Shown one piece after another: positions 1 through 13,500 of a stretch of DNA of 64,000 nucleotides. Source of the stretch: Eledone cirrhosa (Eukaryota); NCBI GenBank assembly GCA_964016885.1, contig OZ024741.1:358050001-358114000 (forward strand), written 5' to 3'. Within the stretch, counting starts at the first letter, position 1. Every line of letters begins with the position of its first letter. Both the position numbers and the translations under genes were made by a program. Under the pieces are notes generated by a model. That model ran no database searches. It saw only the letters and a program-made list of their open reading frames with translations, and was not told the DNA's origin.

Positions 1-692
1 AACAAACGCTAGATGTTATTGTTATCTATGTCTGCACGGACAGTGTAAACTATTGTTATCTGTTTCTGAGGTTTGTTTTGCCGAGGCTGCGTGGTTTGCC
101 GTGGGTGGGTCTGATATGTATGCCGTATATGCCTCAATTGTGTTCCTTATTTTGTCCTCCTTTGTTTATTTATATCTATTTTATTCTTTCCATTTATTTG
201 TATTATTTTATTTTACATCAGTGATATTAAACACTTGCGAAAGAAGTTGTACGTAAAGTTGAGAGAGAAAGAAAGAGAGGGAGAGAGAGAGAGGGGGGGA
301 GGGGAGAGCTGTCGCTAATTTTTCATTTATATATGGTATTTGTAGACTTTTTTTAGTGGACACAATATGGCCGTGTTATTTACCATAGCCTCAGGTCAAG
401 CCATGTCTTGTGAATAAAGTTGGGTAGAGGTAAACTGTTTAGAAACCCATCAGATAGACTGCATTTGTAATTCAAAGAGCCAACTTTGTCACATGCCATG
501 TCACGCTGAATCTCCGAGTATTACGTTATGAGTACACGTGTCTGTGGAATGCTCAATCACATACAAAATGTTCCACTGATTTGTAGTGACCCCTAGCGGT
601 GGAACCCAGAACTCATTAGAGTTACGTTCCTTTGGGACAGGTAGTGACCCCTAGAAGAAGTAATCGGAGTTACGTCCCCATTGGCTATGCTT

Positions 693-960
693 CTATGTTT
701 GGAATTTCCTCTCTAGTTCAGCCATTGATTCGGCTATGAGTGTTAGATCATCTGCGTATAGAAGTTCCCATGGGCAGCCGGTCTTGAACTTCTCCGTTAT
801 AGCTTGGAGGGCGATAATAAATAGGAGGGGGCTAAGGACGGAGCCCTGATGAACACCAACTTTTACGCTAAACTCTTCAATATATTCGTTGTTAATTCTA
901 ACCTTGCTGACTGTTTCTTTATACATGGCTTGTATAGCTCTCACAAGCCATTCATCTACA
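693..960 (-). mobile_element. RTE-clade LINE reverse transcriptase fragment
   Basis: ORF 693..944 contains GVHQGSVLSPLLF and LLYADDL. Confidence 0.9.
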
Positions 961-1299
961 CTGTGTGAGTGTATGTGTATGTATGTCTATTTGTGTGAAT
1001 GTATGTCTGTGAGTGTGCATTTTTGAAAGTGTGTCTGTGTTTGCATGTTTATATTTATATACTCATACATATAAACATGCATATGCACATATACACATAA
1101 GGTTTTACCAAGTATTGAAACCTTCCACTATGATAAGCTGGGGCCCTTACCTAGGAAGGAACAGAGGCACTGGATAGCTTTGCCTGCCTATTTTTCAATG
1201 GAATATCTTCCAATTTAGAAACATTTACAGTGATATGCTTATTCCAAAAGTCTGTCTTAGAACTATTGTGAATTAGTTCTATGGGACAAAAAGTCAGTA

Positions 1300-3090
1300 C
1301 TTTGACCCCCATGATTAGACATTGCATTATGCATGAACATTATGCATAAATTAGTAGACTCAGGAATCTAAGAGCAATAATTTTTTTTTCAAGAAAAGGA
1401 AACAGTAAAATATAACTGGGCTTTATCTGTTTTCTGTCTGTGTGGATAGTGTGAATTCTTTTTTGTCTGAGTCTGAGAAGATATTGAGGTCTGTAAAAAT
1501 ACTGGTTTGCTGTAAGTGCACACAAAGGTTTCTCTGTTATTATCATGGTACATCACTAGTGTATGGAGACTTGAAAACCATGGTTGAAGGTAAACAATTC
1601 ACCATTCTTTGAGAAAATAAATGTTTCATATTTGTTTTCATCTTCTCACTTCCTTTCTATTTAGCTAGATAAACATCTTGTATATAAAAAAACATTCTGA
1701 GCTTGAATAATCCAGATAATTCTTAACCATACCAGCCATTTGGTTTGTCACACACTCACTGTTTTACTACTACTTGCAATATACTCTTCTGATTTCAAGT
1801 TGTTTTGATTGTTATTATTCCAAATTTGCTCAGTCTTTAGACTGGTAATGATATTTAATATCCCCATCAAGTCAAATAATTTTAGATTGAAAGCACTTTG
1901 GGCATGAGCAGAGAATGTGCCATAAAAGTACCTCACTCACAGAATGAGATGCATGCTTTGTACTCACACAGGCACACATATAGAACATGGTTTTGAGTAT
2001 ATACTATTATTATTGTTGATATTTGAATTTATATAATTAATAATGAAAAAACTAATAAATGATTTACAAAGAAAAAGGATCAGAAAGAAGGAAAACGAGA
2101 AGACATTTAATTACACACTATAATGGAATGCTGGTGTGAGAATGTTTCCTAGATCCCTTTTCTTTGCTTACTGCTGTCATAACTTTATCCATTATTCTGT
2201 AATTTACACAGGGATTTCCATGTCCATAATGCATCACTTCACAGTTTTTTACATTAAATTCTATTTTTCATGTTTTTAAAATATCTTTTTAGGTTGCTAT
2301 GAAATGTTATTTACCAGAAAAATTATTTTATTGTAAATCTTAGTATCATCTGCAAATATTTTACAGACTAAGTCAATAATAGTTGATAAATCAGTTAGGA
2401 ATATAATGAACAAAAATGCTTCTATCTCATTAAAAAATATTCTCAATTACTACCAACTGCATTAATTTATACAGCACTGTTAGATGGGAGTCACTCTCAA
2501 ATACTTTTTTAAGATCCAAATATATAATATCATAAGGCTCTCCTTTATCATGATATGGTGTCCAATCTTTGATTTTTTAATTAAACATAACTATTTCCTT
2601 GTAAAACAATGCTAACAAACTGTTATTAGATAATTCCTTGTTAAATGATCCAATACTTGTCTTCATAATCTTTTCAGCAAAACTATATATTAATGTCCCT
2701 GCTTCACAACTTTGTTTTCTCATGATTTTATAGGTTAAACGTAAACTTGGAAATATTTTCATCATGCCTTCAAATTTTACATTCATAATGAATAATATCA
2801 ACTAGGATACTCTTATAGATTGTATACAGAAACGTAATATCATTTCTAGAACTATGAATTGCAAAAAAATAAAATGAAAACAAATCATCAATATAATCCC
2901 AATTTACATAATAGAAAATGTATCCATGTAGAATTTCATTAAAAATATACATTATTAAGAAAGTTATGGGGAAATAAATTTACAGGGGCACTCAGCCATA
3001 ATTATGCCAGCCTTTCCATATTTTGGGTCTGTTGAATTGAGAAAAGCATTTAAAGTTTATTTTAATAGAAGATCAATATTGTAATATTTC
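1300..3090 (-). mobile_element. Highly decayed AT-rich LINE ORF2 (CR1/L2-like) remnant
   Basis: The minus strand near 2340-2400 reads DLSTIIDLVCKIFADDTKIY (RT catalytic motif). Surrounding frames have many stops. Boundaries are approximate. Confidence 0.6.
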
Positions 3091-4044
3091 AACCTAGTAA
3101 AAAGAAGAAAAAAGTTGCAATTAAAAAATAAACATGAAAATAACGATTGTCAAATGAAAGGAAACAGTTACGGGAATAGCCAAGCACCCTCACAGACATC
3201 CCCAATGACAAGAACTTCATTATCAGTATCCCAGCTCCTGCAAACATCTGGAAAAAATAGTTCACCGATAATTCTTGGTATTTTAGAATCTTATTTCATT
3301 CAACTATAGGAGCAATGTCCCTCACTTTTACTGTAGCATCCAGGATGTAGAAAGGAGTAAAAGAGTCACTAACTGTGGAGTCCCAAATGAGACATCTACC
3401 TCTTATCTAAGAAAAAGGGTAAAGCCATCTGACTTTTTACTCTCAACCCTGGACAATCTAGCTGGCTCCAGAATTGAGTGGACATTTACAAGAGCCAGGA
3501 CTCACTTGATAATTATGTTTAGCTTGGTATGGCAAGTGAAGTGGCAGCAAGATAATTCGTGAAATCCTATGGAGTCAAGGGGCTTGCCACATCACCTATT
3601 ACTCTGAGAGCAATGGAGATGTGAAACACATCCAGACTAGGTAGGTCACCAATGTTAGCCACAGGCAGGGCATCAATCCAGACCCCCCCTCTCCTCCATT
3701 CCTTTTCTCTTTTTTTGTTTTCTTCTTTTCTTCTCTCCCTTTTTTGTTCTCTTTTCTTTTCTTCTTTTTTCTCTCCCCCCTTTTTTATATATATATTTAT
3801 CTCTCTATCTCTTTCCCCTCCCCCCTCTCTCTCTCCCTCCCACTATAAACAATTTAATTCTCTTTAACTCCCTACACTGTAAATTGACGACATCAAGTCT
3901 ACGAATCAAAACTGATCGAGGAATCCTTCCATCTTTACTCCTCCCTCCATCTCCATTTGTCCTACTTCCCACACACAATTTTGAGTTGAAATTGTGCTTT
4001 GAATGTAAATTATCCCAGACTTTCTGCTTCAGTCCATCCTCCTA

Positions 4045-4345
4045 TCATCATCATCATCATTTCATTTTACGTCCGCTTTTCCCTGCTTGCAAGGGTGGGA
4101 CGGGAACTGATTCTGGCTTGATTTCTACAGCTGGATGCCCTTCCTAACACCAACCTCATTTACAGTGAGTGCTGGGTGCTTTTTTGCCGTGGCACCTCCA
4201 CGACCTCATTTCAACAGCTGAGTAAACTGGAGCAATGTGAAATAAAGTGCCTTGCTCAAGGAAACAACCCATCACCCAGTCTGAGAATTGAACTCACAAC
4301 CTTTCGATTGCAAGGCCAATGCTCTAACCACTAAGCCATGTGCCT
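4045..4345 (-). mobile_element. SINE with (GAT)n tail (family B)
   Basis: Shares the core gggaactgattctggcttgatttctacagctggatgcccttcctaacaccaacc with 37563-37830 and, inverted, with 47230-47497; (cat)n tail. Confidence 0.75.
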
Positions 4346-6699
4346 CCTATGTATCAGGAAATTACAAACCCAGTTCCCTTAACTGTAGTAGAGCTTCATT
4401 CACCTCCCTATTGGAACTAGTCCATGTTGTAATCGAGAGGATGTTACCCACCAGAGGGAAGAAAGCTTGGATGGAGGAAGGAAAGCAGGGAAGAGACAGA
4501 GATGAGCACTGTTTATGGTGTTTAACTGCTGAATCATCTGGTAGAGCAGGTGTAACACAGGATAATAAAACGAGCTGAAAGTCAAGAGCAATAAAAGCAT
4601 CAGTGACTGAAATTAATTTTCCAGAAATATAATTGTAGAATATTTCCGAATACTTGAATAAATGGAGTGGAAGTTATTGTAGAAATAAATGAGTTGTTGT
4701 TTTGCCTGGGAGCAGTGGTTTCTTGGTGTTTATGAACATAAAAGAAGCTTCCTGAAACACATTGAAAAATCAAGCACCGAGGATCCAATTCTCAATGATT
4801 CTCAAATGAATTGCAAGATGCCACATCGTGTGATTGAACACAGGGCCTCATGAATACAAAGTGAACTTTTTAACAACTTGGCCATACCTGTGCCCACTAG
4901 TTTTCAACATGCACTCAAAAAAAGAGTTGCTATAGTAAATTGGTTTATATAATAGACAACAGAATAAAAAAAAAAAAGATTTGAGTGAGCAATTCTTTTG
5001 TTCGGTTCCTTTAAACTGAATTTGGGTAGATTTACTTGCCATTATAAAAAAGAACAGTTGTGATAAAGTTTTTGCCCCCTGAATCCTTCTCTCTCTCACT
5101 CACTAAAAAATAAGCTCTCTAACAGAACATCTCCCAAGACCTCAAGCACTGAAGCTCTAAATTCGCAATGATTCCGGAATGGATTGCTTCAGCATCCATC
5201 ATTTGGTGGGATGTGTGGGCAGCATATCAGAGTATTCTTAATTTACAATTTGATCATGTGGCAAATCACTCAAGACACTTCGTCAATCTGCAAACTGAAA
5301 TGATTATGAATCAGAGGCTATGTAAGTCACTGGACATCATATGATCAAGGACTATCTAGTGGAGTTTAAAAAGGGCTGAAGAGTTTGGAGATGTGTAATT
5401 AAAGTTTGTCGATGGTGTTCTCCTCAAAGAGAATTTATTCCAAGGAAAATAACTTTGTTAACACATCAATGAACATAGTTTGAATTATAACTGTCAAAAT
5501 TCTTTCTAATATTGGTTTGTTTTCCATTAGTTTAATGAGATTTCAGTTGAAGTTCAACTTCTTCAGTGCCGTGGATGAAATAATTCGTCCTAATATCTAT
5601 GCATTCCAGTGCCACGGATGAGATAACTCATCCTAACATGTTTGAACTCTTTTCCAACAGTTCATAACTTCAAAGTTGTGAAATCGTTTCCAACAGTTCA
5701 TAACTTCAAAACTAGATGGGGTTACTAGTTTATCAATCATTCAGATATGTGTTGTTAATAAATGTTTGTTTAAAAAATAGTAATTTTACTGAAAAAAAAA
5801 CCAACACACCAATTGTAGCTGTGTAAAATATATGTGGTAGTCAACTGGTTAAAAGCAAACATTTTAACACTGATGATTTTGTGGTGGTATTGTGTGTGTT
5901 AGTATTTTGTAGGCCGTTATTGTAGTAAAAGAAGACAAAATGTTTAAAAAAAAATATATATATATTTCATATGACTATACTTCTTTTGTCATTTTCTCTA
6001 ATACTTTATTTTCTGTAGTCAGTGGTTAATATTGTATTTGAGTAGCACAATTAAAAGTAACACAAAAAAGAAAAAGAATGAGGAGAAGGAAAACTCTACT
6101 TCTTTTGCTGGACAATATATTGCAGTTGCATCCTGCAAAAAAGATTGTGAAAGCATTACTACAGAAAACAACTAGCAATAACCACTGCATCAGCCATTCC
6201 ATCTCATGGAGCCCTTTCTTTAGGTGAGCTGCCAATATTCTGATTTGTGCAGAGGAAAACGACAGGCCAGGGACTGAGAACACTGACGGTCTCAAAATAA
6301 ACATAGTAAGCGTTTTATATTGTAAATGACGAACACACTTTCAATGATAAAAATTATTGGTAATGACTCTACTTGATTATAGTTACTAACAGACAAAAGT
6401 GTGTTAGTATATGTAAAAATGCTCTTGTAATAAGTCGAAGATAATCATGATAAATAAAGAGAAATTGCAATAAATGTTTACAAATTAGAACTAAAGTTTA
6501 GACACAGCATAAACATAAATAAAAACACATATCTATATAATTCATTAACCCTCAACCGTCTCCAGATGGCTACATAAATGCTTCTCTTTATTTCAGGTAT
6601 GGAAAACCCAAACCAACACCAATTCATCTCTCATGCCCCTCCCTAAGTGTTCATCTTCTTCCTCTCATCCTTCTGGTAAACTCCATAACTTCAGAGGTG

Positions 6700-8450
6700 G
6701 TAACTAATGAAAGGACGATTATGTGAGATAATAGAGATACTTTAACAAAAGAAAGTTGATGTATGCTGTGTACAAGAGACTAGATGGAGGGTCTGGTCAG
6801 CTAGATTCCTTGTGGGCAAAAAACAATGCTACAATTTTTTACTGGGTGGAAAATGACAATGGGTTGGGTATAGGGATCATGTTAGCAGATAAACGGGTAG
6901 ATAAGGTAATTGCTGCAAATATCGTGAATGGCAGAATCATTAAAATTAGATTAGTATAAAGCAGAACAACCGTGTCAATTATATCTGCTTACACATGCCA
7001 ATCGGATCTGCTGGACATACTAAAAGTCAGGTTTTATAAGTCCTTAATGCACACTACTTCTCAAATAAGTGACGGTGACTTTATAATCATTTCAGGTGAC
7101 TTTAATGGGCATATTGGACAACACTGTGATAGCTTCAATGGGATCCACGGAGGTTATGGGTTTGGTGCTAGAAATGAGGAAGGTTTCAGGCTTCTGGAAT
7201 TCTGTGATGCTAATGACCTATCCATCTGTAACACAAACTTCAAAAAATGAGATAATCATTTGATCACCTATAGATCAGGGGAGCATACCAGCCAGATAGA
7301 TTTTGTCCTCATCAGAAGACGAGACAGAGTGTCAGTTGTAAATACAAGTCCCTCCCTGGTGAAGAATGCATCTCCCAACATAACCTAGTAGTTAGCAACC
7401 TTATAGTTAGGGCTAGATGAACTTGATGACAGAGGACAACCTGGATGAGAAGAAAGTGGAAGTTGAAGGATCCCACAGCTAGTAAAAAACATTAGAGGTA
7501 TATTGCTTGATGCTTTTGACAGTAAGGAAGAACAAATAGAGACATGCAATATAGAGGAACAGTGATAATTCCTGAAAAATAACCTACTAGAGGTGACATA
7601 TGAAATCTATTGAAGCAGGTCACTAGGGAGAAGGAGAGGAACTAGGCGGTAGAGCAGTAGGGTGGAGGAGACAATTAAGGCCAAAAGACAGGCATGGAAA
7701 GAATGGAGGGATGGGGGAAGTAGAGAACTGCTTGGAGAGAAGCTAGGCAACAAGTATACCTTGCAAGAAAGGAAGCAGAAAAAAAATGTAAGCATGTTCT
7801 GCAATGTAAGGACCAAAGGTGTTCAGGATGGCAAGGCAGTGGTCAGGGAAAATTGTAATGTTATTGGGGAGAAATATGTCCATGATGATAATTGATGACT
7901 CAATTATGCAGCTGATACACAGGTGCAGTAAATAGCAAGAACCCACAGGATTCTAGCTCTTTTAAATGCCCAGAGGACTTGGTAGAAATAGTTGAGAGTT
8001 TCTGTTACCTAGGTGACCAAATTAGCAGTGGAGGAGGGTGTTCTGAAAGTACATGGGATGGAGGAAATCCAGGGAGCTACTACCGTTGTTAGCTACAAAA
8101 GGTTTTTCCCTCAAAATGAAGGTCAGATTGTATGATGCATGTATACAAACAGCAATGTTGCATGGTTGTAAGACCTGGGTGCAGTGTAGATTGGACAGAA
8201 ATGAAGCCTGCATGCTCTGATGGATGCGAAATAGTAATATACATGAACAGCAAAGAATAAATGAACTGAGAGAGAAACTAAGTATAAGAGGAATCAGATG
8301 CAGTGTGCAGGAGAGGAGATTGTGTTGTGATGCATATGAAGGATGACAATTGTATAAAAAGGTTTACAGCACTCAAAGTTGATAGAAGCTATAGAGTAGA
8401 AAAACCCAGGAAGAGTTGGGATGAGATGATAAAAGCTGACTTTGCACAAT
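6700..8450 (+). mobile_element. Decayed RTE LINE (APE endonuclease plus C-terminus, RT core deleted)
   Basis: GDFNGHIG, RNEEGFRLLEFC, ICNTNFKK and SQIDFVL endonuclease motifs. The sequence then jumps near 7950 to EIVESFCYLGDQIS (post-RT region). Many stops and frameshifts. Confidence 0.85.
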
Positions 8451-8783
8451 TGTACCTCTCACAGGACGTTTACTAGGAACATTTTATTGTAACTCCAGCT
8501 CTACCATCTTACAGGGTAAACTGGGTGCTTTTGTAGTGGCACAAGCACTATTTTATTATAACACAAAAGTGCGTAGTGTATATGTTGGGATGGTGGGGGA
8601 GGACTGGGATATCAGCATTTCATTGTTGGAGGGAGGATGGTGGGGTTAGTCATGTTGGTGCATGGCCGATACAGGAGTGGAGCATTTATATGCTATGTGG
8701 GCAGTGGTATCTCATTTTAGGGCTTTCCTGGGTTGAGAAAGTGTTGGGGTGCAAGGGTTCAGCAGGGATGGTGAATCAGTCAA

Positions 8784-8818
<35 letters not shown>

Positions 8819-9188
8819 GTATATATATATGTATATATATATAAACACAATGGGCTTCTGCACAGTTACTATCCATTCAGAAGGTACTGGTTAACTTACA
8901 GCTATAGTAGTAAACATTTTCCGAATGTGCTACATAGTGAAATTATATCTGGAACCATGGGGTTGTGAAACAAACTTCTTAACTATGCAGCCATTTCTAA
9001 CGATACATATTGATAAGCGATATATGATATAACTGACCTTGTGTCTTGTAAAAAGAAATCCTTTGATATATTTCAATTGGTGTAAAGAAATTCAGTGATG
9101 CATTCCAATCAGGAGTAATTTGGGTGTTGAGAAGTTAATATTTTACATAAACTTTCCCCATGGTGTATTGAATAATCACTTTGATGTG

Positions 9189-9220
<32 letters not shown>

Positions 9221-9775
9221 ATTTCTTGACCCATTTACCAGGTAAGAAAGTTGATAAAGCAACATAGTTTATCTGGATATTGATACATAAGCTTACTAGC
9301 TTAAGGGTGAAATCTATTCAAACAATGGCTTTACCATTAAAAAATTAAACTTTTTTCTACTAATAATTTATTACATTTTTTTTGTTTAAGATCTTCAAAA
9401 TATGATACGTGAACATTTTTCATAATAAAATTTCAGCGATCATATTATCAACATTTGAGTTAGAAATTAAAAATATTTTATTGATAAAAAAATGTTATAA
9501 AAATTTTAAATGGTATACCATTTATGGGTCATTCTGTATACAAGTAATATAAACTATAATTGCAGTAATAAAACATTGTGGATGTAAGAAAAAAAGGTTT
9601 GTTAAAATATCATTTAAACTTTGTATGAAGCAGTAGTCCTTATACACAGCATGTAAATACCTGTTAGATTATTTATCTACTCTATTAAATAGACTTATCA
9701 TTATAACACGATCAAAGGTTGATTTAAAAAAAAAAAAGAATAAGAACTGTATATATATATATATATATATATATA

Positions 9776-10530
9776 AGTAAATAATCGAGAATCAGAATTT
9801 CGGCCCACGAAATAACGATAAACAATCTTCGACATGTGTGGCAGAGGGTTCAATAGTTTGGATAAACCAGAGCTATAACTATCGGACCCGCTAGAAGGAT
9901 GTTACATTCTAGCTTTTTGGGTTTCTGCAGTTCCTTAATCAATTACTGTCAGCCCACATTAAAAAATATATCTGACTTCTAGTAAAGAGACGAACGAGGA
10001 AACTGCTTTCTCAGCGGATGTTTCGTTCAAAAATACAGGGGGACTCGTTACTGAACACACGTGTAGTCCAGCAAGGGAGGGAACCCCTATATTTGGCGAA
10101 AGAATTCAGTAAAGTGTAAATTTTGTAAGAATACAAAAAATCACATATCGAATAAGAGTTCTCAACAGACGTGTTAAAATAAACAAGAGCTATTCATCAG
10201 TCAATAAGATCAACTAAAAATCAATAAAATTAACTGGTCAATAGCTAAAGCCTGGAGATAAATACAAGTAAATAATCGAGAATCAGAATCTCGGCCCACG
10301 AAATAACGATAAACAATCTTCGACATGTGTGGCAGAGGGCTCAATAGTTTGGATAAACCAGAGCTATAACTATCGTTAAAATACCAACACATAGAGACGA
10401 TGCCTAAAATCATTCGCACAGCCGAAAAAAACGACCAGGAAAATTCTGGTCACTCAAATAATAAATATATAAATTAATAAATTAAATGAACGTAAAAACT
10501 CACCCGGACCCGCTAGAAGGATGTTAATGA
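9776..10530. repeat. Direct repeat pair (~110 bp), probably a transposon terminal region
   Basis: aagtaaataatcgagaatcagaat...gctataactatcg at ~9776-9885 and ~10267-10376; gacccgctagaaggatgtta at ~9886 and ~10507. Confidence 0.75.
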
Positions 10531-10587
10531 CTGGAGATATTGACAAAGGCTTTTACATAAAATTATGATGAAAGATTTATAGATAAA

Positions 10588-13500
10588 CTAGCATTAAAAC
10601 CTGGCGTTGCTCGGGGTCTGTAAGTTACCAAAGTTAGGTTGCACCACCCATTTTATGGCAGCACTTTTTTGTCTGCCAGGCACTGGTTGAATGAATTGCA
10701 AACCTGCACTGCCGAAGCAGGAGCTGCGCCAGCAGTGACAATTGTAGTTTTGCCTATTGATATTATCTCTGTGCAAAGAAGTGTTCAAATTTATTGTTTC
10801 ACAGTACTTGCGCAACACGCGCGTAGACGATGCCAGCCGAACAACAGAGCTGCGATGGAGTTGTTCTGCGTGACATGTTTTAACGGGGGAGGGGGTGGAT
10901 TGAGGGAACCGCAAACAGGGGTCTGAAAACATTGTCGAATTATGACAACCAAAAAAGAGGAAGAGGGGTCATTGTATGGTTGGTGCATCATGTACGTCAG
11001 ACGTAGAAGATGAGCCTGCTGCTGTGCCGAGGGAGGGAAATAGAGCTGAGCGGAGGCCAGGTGTTGGTGAAGTGTGAAGTAATTGCAGGGAACCGCCTAA
11101 AAATGTAAATCCCGTCATTAAAGCATTATTCACCCTTTGAGAGTCATACGGAGGTGAAATACTAACCTGTCCACGGTCCTCCAAGGCCCACCAAACGGGG
11201 GTTGGTGAGGAGCAACAGCTGATATTTGAGTAGGGTCGGAGCTGCAATGAAGCTTTGTAACGCCGCGAGAATCAGCCTTTGTACGGCAGATGGTGGGGAG
11301 TGTCCAGTGCACTGCAGTGAAGTTAACCTACTTAGTACTCACGAAAAGGCAAAAAATAAAAAGTTATAAAATTAGGAATGGATGTAATCCTATAAAACCT
11401 CCTTGTACACAATGGTTTTTGTTTTTCCTTGCGGAACGAACGCGAAATCATCATTCTTGCTGCTGACACGCGAGCAGCCAACGTAAAGCTGCCCATGAGA
11501 GAAACACGGCTCCCCCAAATGTATTCCCGCGACATACAGTGTTTGCCCCTGCGCTTTGTTAATTGACATTGCGAAGCATGGCCTGACTGGGAACTGGGAC
11601 CTCCTAAATGTGAAAGGTAGGTATGCTCCTGATGGGAAAAGATGCATCCTCGGTATGAGCACAACATTGCCCCGACCGCACCCTGTAATTATCGTGGCCT
11701 CAATCAGATTGGGAGTTAAGGAGTTAACGACCAAACGTGTGCCATTGCATTGTTTCGGCGGAACCAAATTTCGAATGAGCATTATAGGGGCACCAACTTT
11801 AAGTTTCAAAATGTGTGGGGGTAATCCGGGGGGCTCAAAGGAATTTAGTACCTCTATTGGATAGTTGATGACGTCCTCAGGGTCAGGAGTTCTATCGATA
11901 GACTTATATACGTAGCCATCCCCAGGAATGAGTTTTAGCATTTGATCATTAATATGGTTAACAGTTTTATTCTTCGGGCCAAAATAGCCCTTTGGGCAAG
12001 CCAATCCATATTCTGATAATTTGCTTGAAGATCTGGGAACATTGCATCCCTGAGATCAGAAGGCGTACTAACAACGGTACAAAGTGAGTCGATGGCAATA
12101 TTACCCTTTTCATCCCCGGGCGTTTTGCCTTCGCCAAGTGCAAGGAGGGTGTGAGAAAATGCTGCTGATGCGATATCACCTCGCATATGAGCACGCATGT
12201 TAGTGTGAAGTTTCAGAGTCTTCACCAGGGGCCACAATGCGGATGACTTAAAACACGCACGTACTGCATCAGCTCTAGTCCCCTTGGGAATAACGGGAAG
12301 CGTTTGCCTGAAGTCCCCTGAAAGGAGAAGTGTTATGCCTCCCATGGGAGCCGTAGAGTCTTTGATGTCTCTCAGAGTTCTATCTAGCGCCTCAAGAGCA
12401 CCTCTGTGGGCCATCGTGCATTCGTCCCAAACGATAAGCTTGCATCGTCTGAACACTCTGCCTGGTCGGAGCTCTTACTGATGTTGCAAGTGGGTGTCTC
12501 AGTCTTCGCTAAGTCAAGCGGGAGCTTGAAATAGGAGTGAGCTGTCCTGCCACCCGGCAACAAAGTAGCCGCAATTCCAGATGATGCCACAGTTAAGGCA
12601 ATGCCTTCTGTTCGCCTAATTTCAGCTAATATTAATTTGGTGACAAAAGTTTTCCCAGTCCCCCCAGGAGCGTCCAGGAAAAAATTCCCTCCAGCTTTTC
12701 CCCGGACAGAATTAACAACAGAGTTGTAAGCGAATTTCTGTTCTGGAAGGAGCTTTGGCTCATTCTCCGCTATGTACTGGGCAAGATCGTCAACATTCAA
12801 AGATGTCTCACGCAGCAAATCCGAAGACAGAGTGTGTGCGCCTTCCCGGTTTGTTGAAGGTAGGCCATACACAGCCAACGCACTACCGCCCATATCGAGA
12901 ACAGTATCTTCGATTTCAAGCAACGCCCTGTTGTAAATGAGGTCACTGTACCCGACCTCCATCGATGGGTTTGGCAACTGAGCGTGACGCAGGAAATCTT
13001 CAGACATGTAATGTTTGTAGGTAAGCCATAAAGAGGCCGGGTCACCCATGTCGCACCATAGGAGTAGAATAGCGAAAAGCGATCTTAGTCTTTTAGAGAT
13101 TTCAACAAAACGCCCTCTGCCATAGTGGCGCCCCATTGTGAATCATCCTCCAAAAGGCCACGCCTAAAGCAGGCTTCCCGGAAAGTATCACATAATTCAC
13201 CGTCAACAGTCCTTATGTCTCCCAAGCTTTGTGGGCCAAAAACCTCATGGAGGAGAAGGCGCAGGTGAAACCACCCATGCTGGTTGGGAGGAACAGTGTA
13301 CACTCTTCCTAGACAACTGTCAAACTTGACACCAGGATGTCCTTCAACATCCTGACCCGACTTCCTACGCACCCAAGTGTTGTTTGACCACACGGAGTAG
13401 GACGGGGCCTGAGGATATGAAAGTGTTTTTGCAAATGTGTCAAGTTGGCAAAGCGTAAAAAAACCAGTCAAAGTTGTTTCTTTTGGATTGGCCGCCAAAT

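Noticed and set aside
5560-5712. Small tandem duplications (two pairs)
   Set aside because: Ordinary local slippage duplications with no further structure.
8576-8968. 130-aa ORF
   Set aside because: No recognisable motif; it runs through microsatellite and decayed SINE-like sequence.
11390-13136. Host PIF1 helicase gene
   Set aside because: Fused to HUH Rep motifs, intronless, frameshifted and bounded by Helitron termini.
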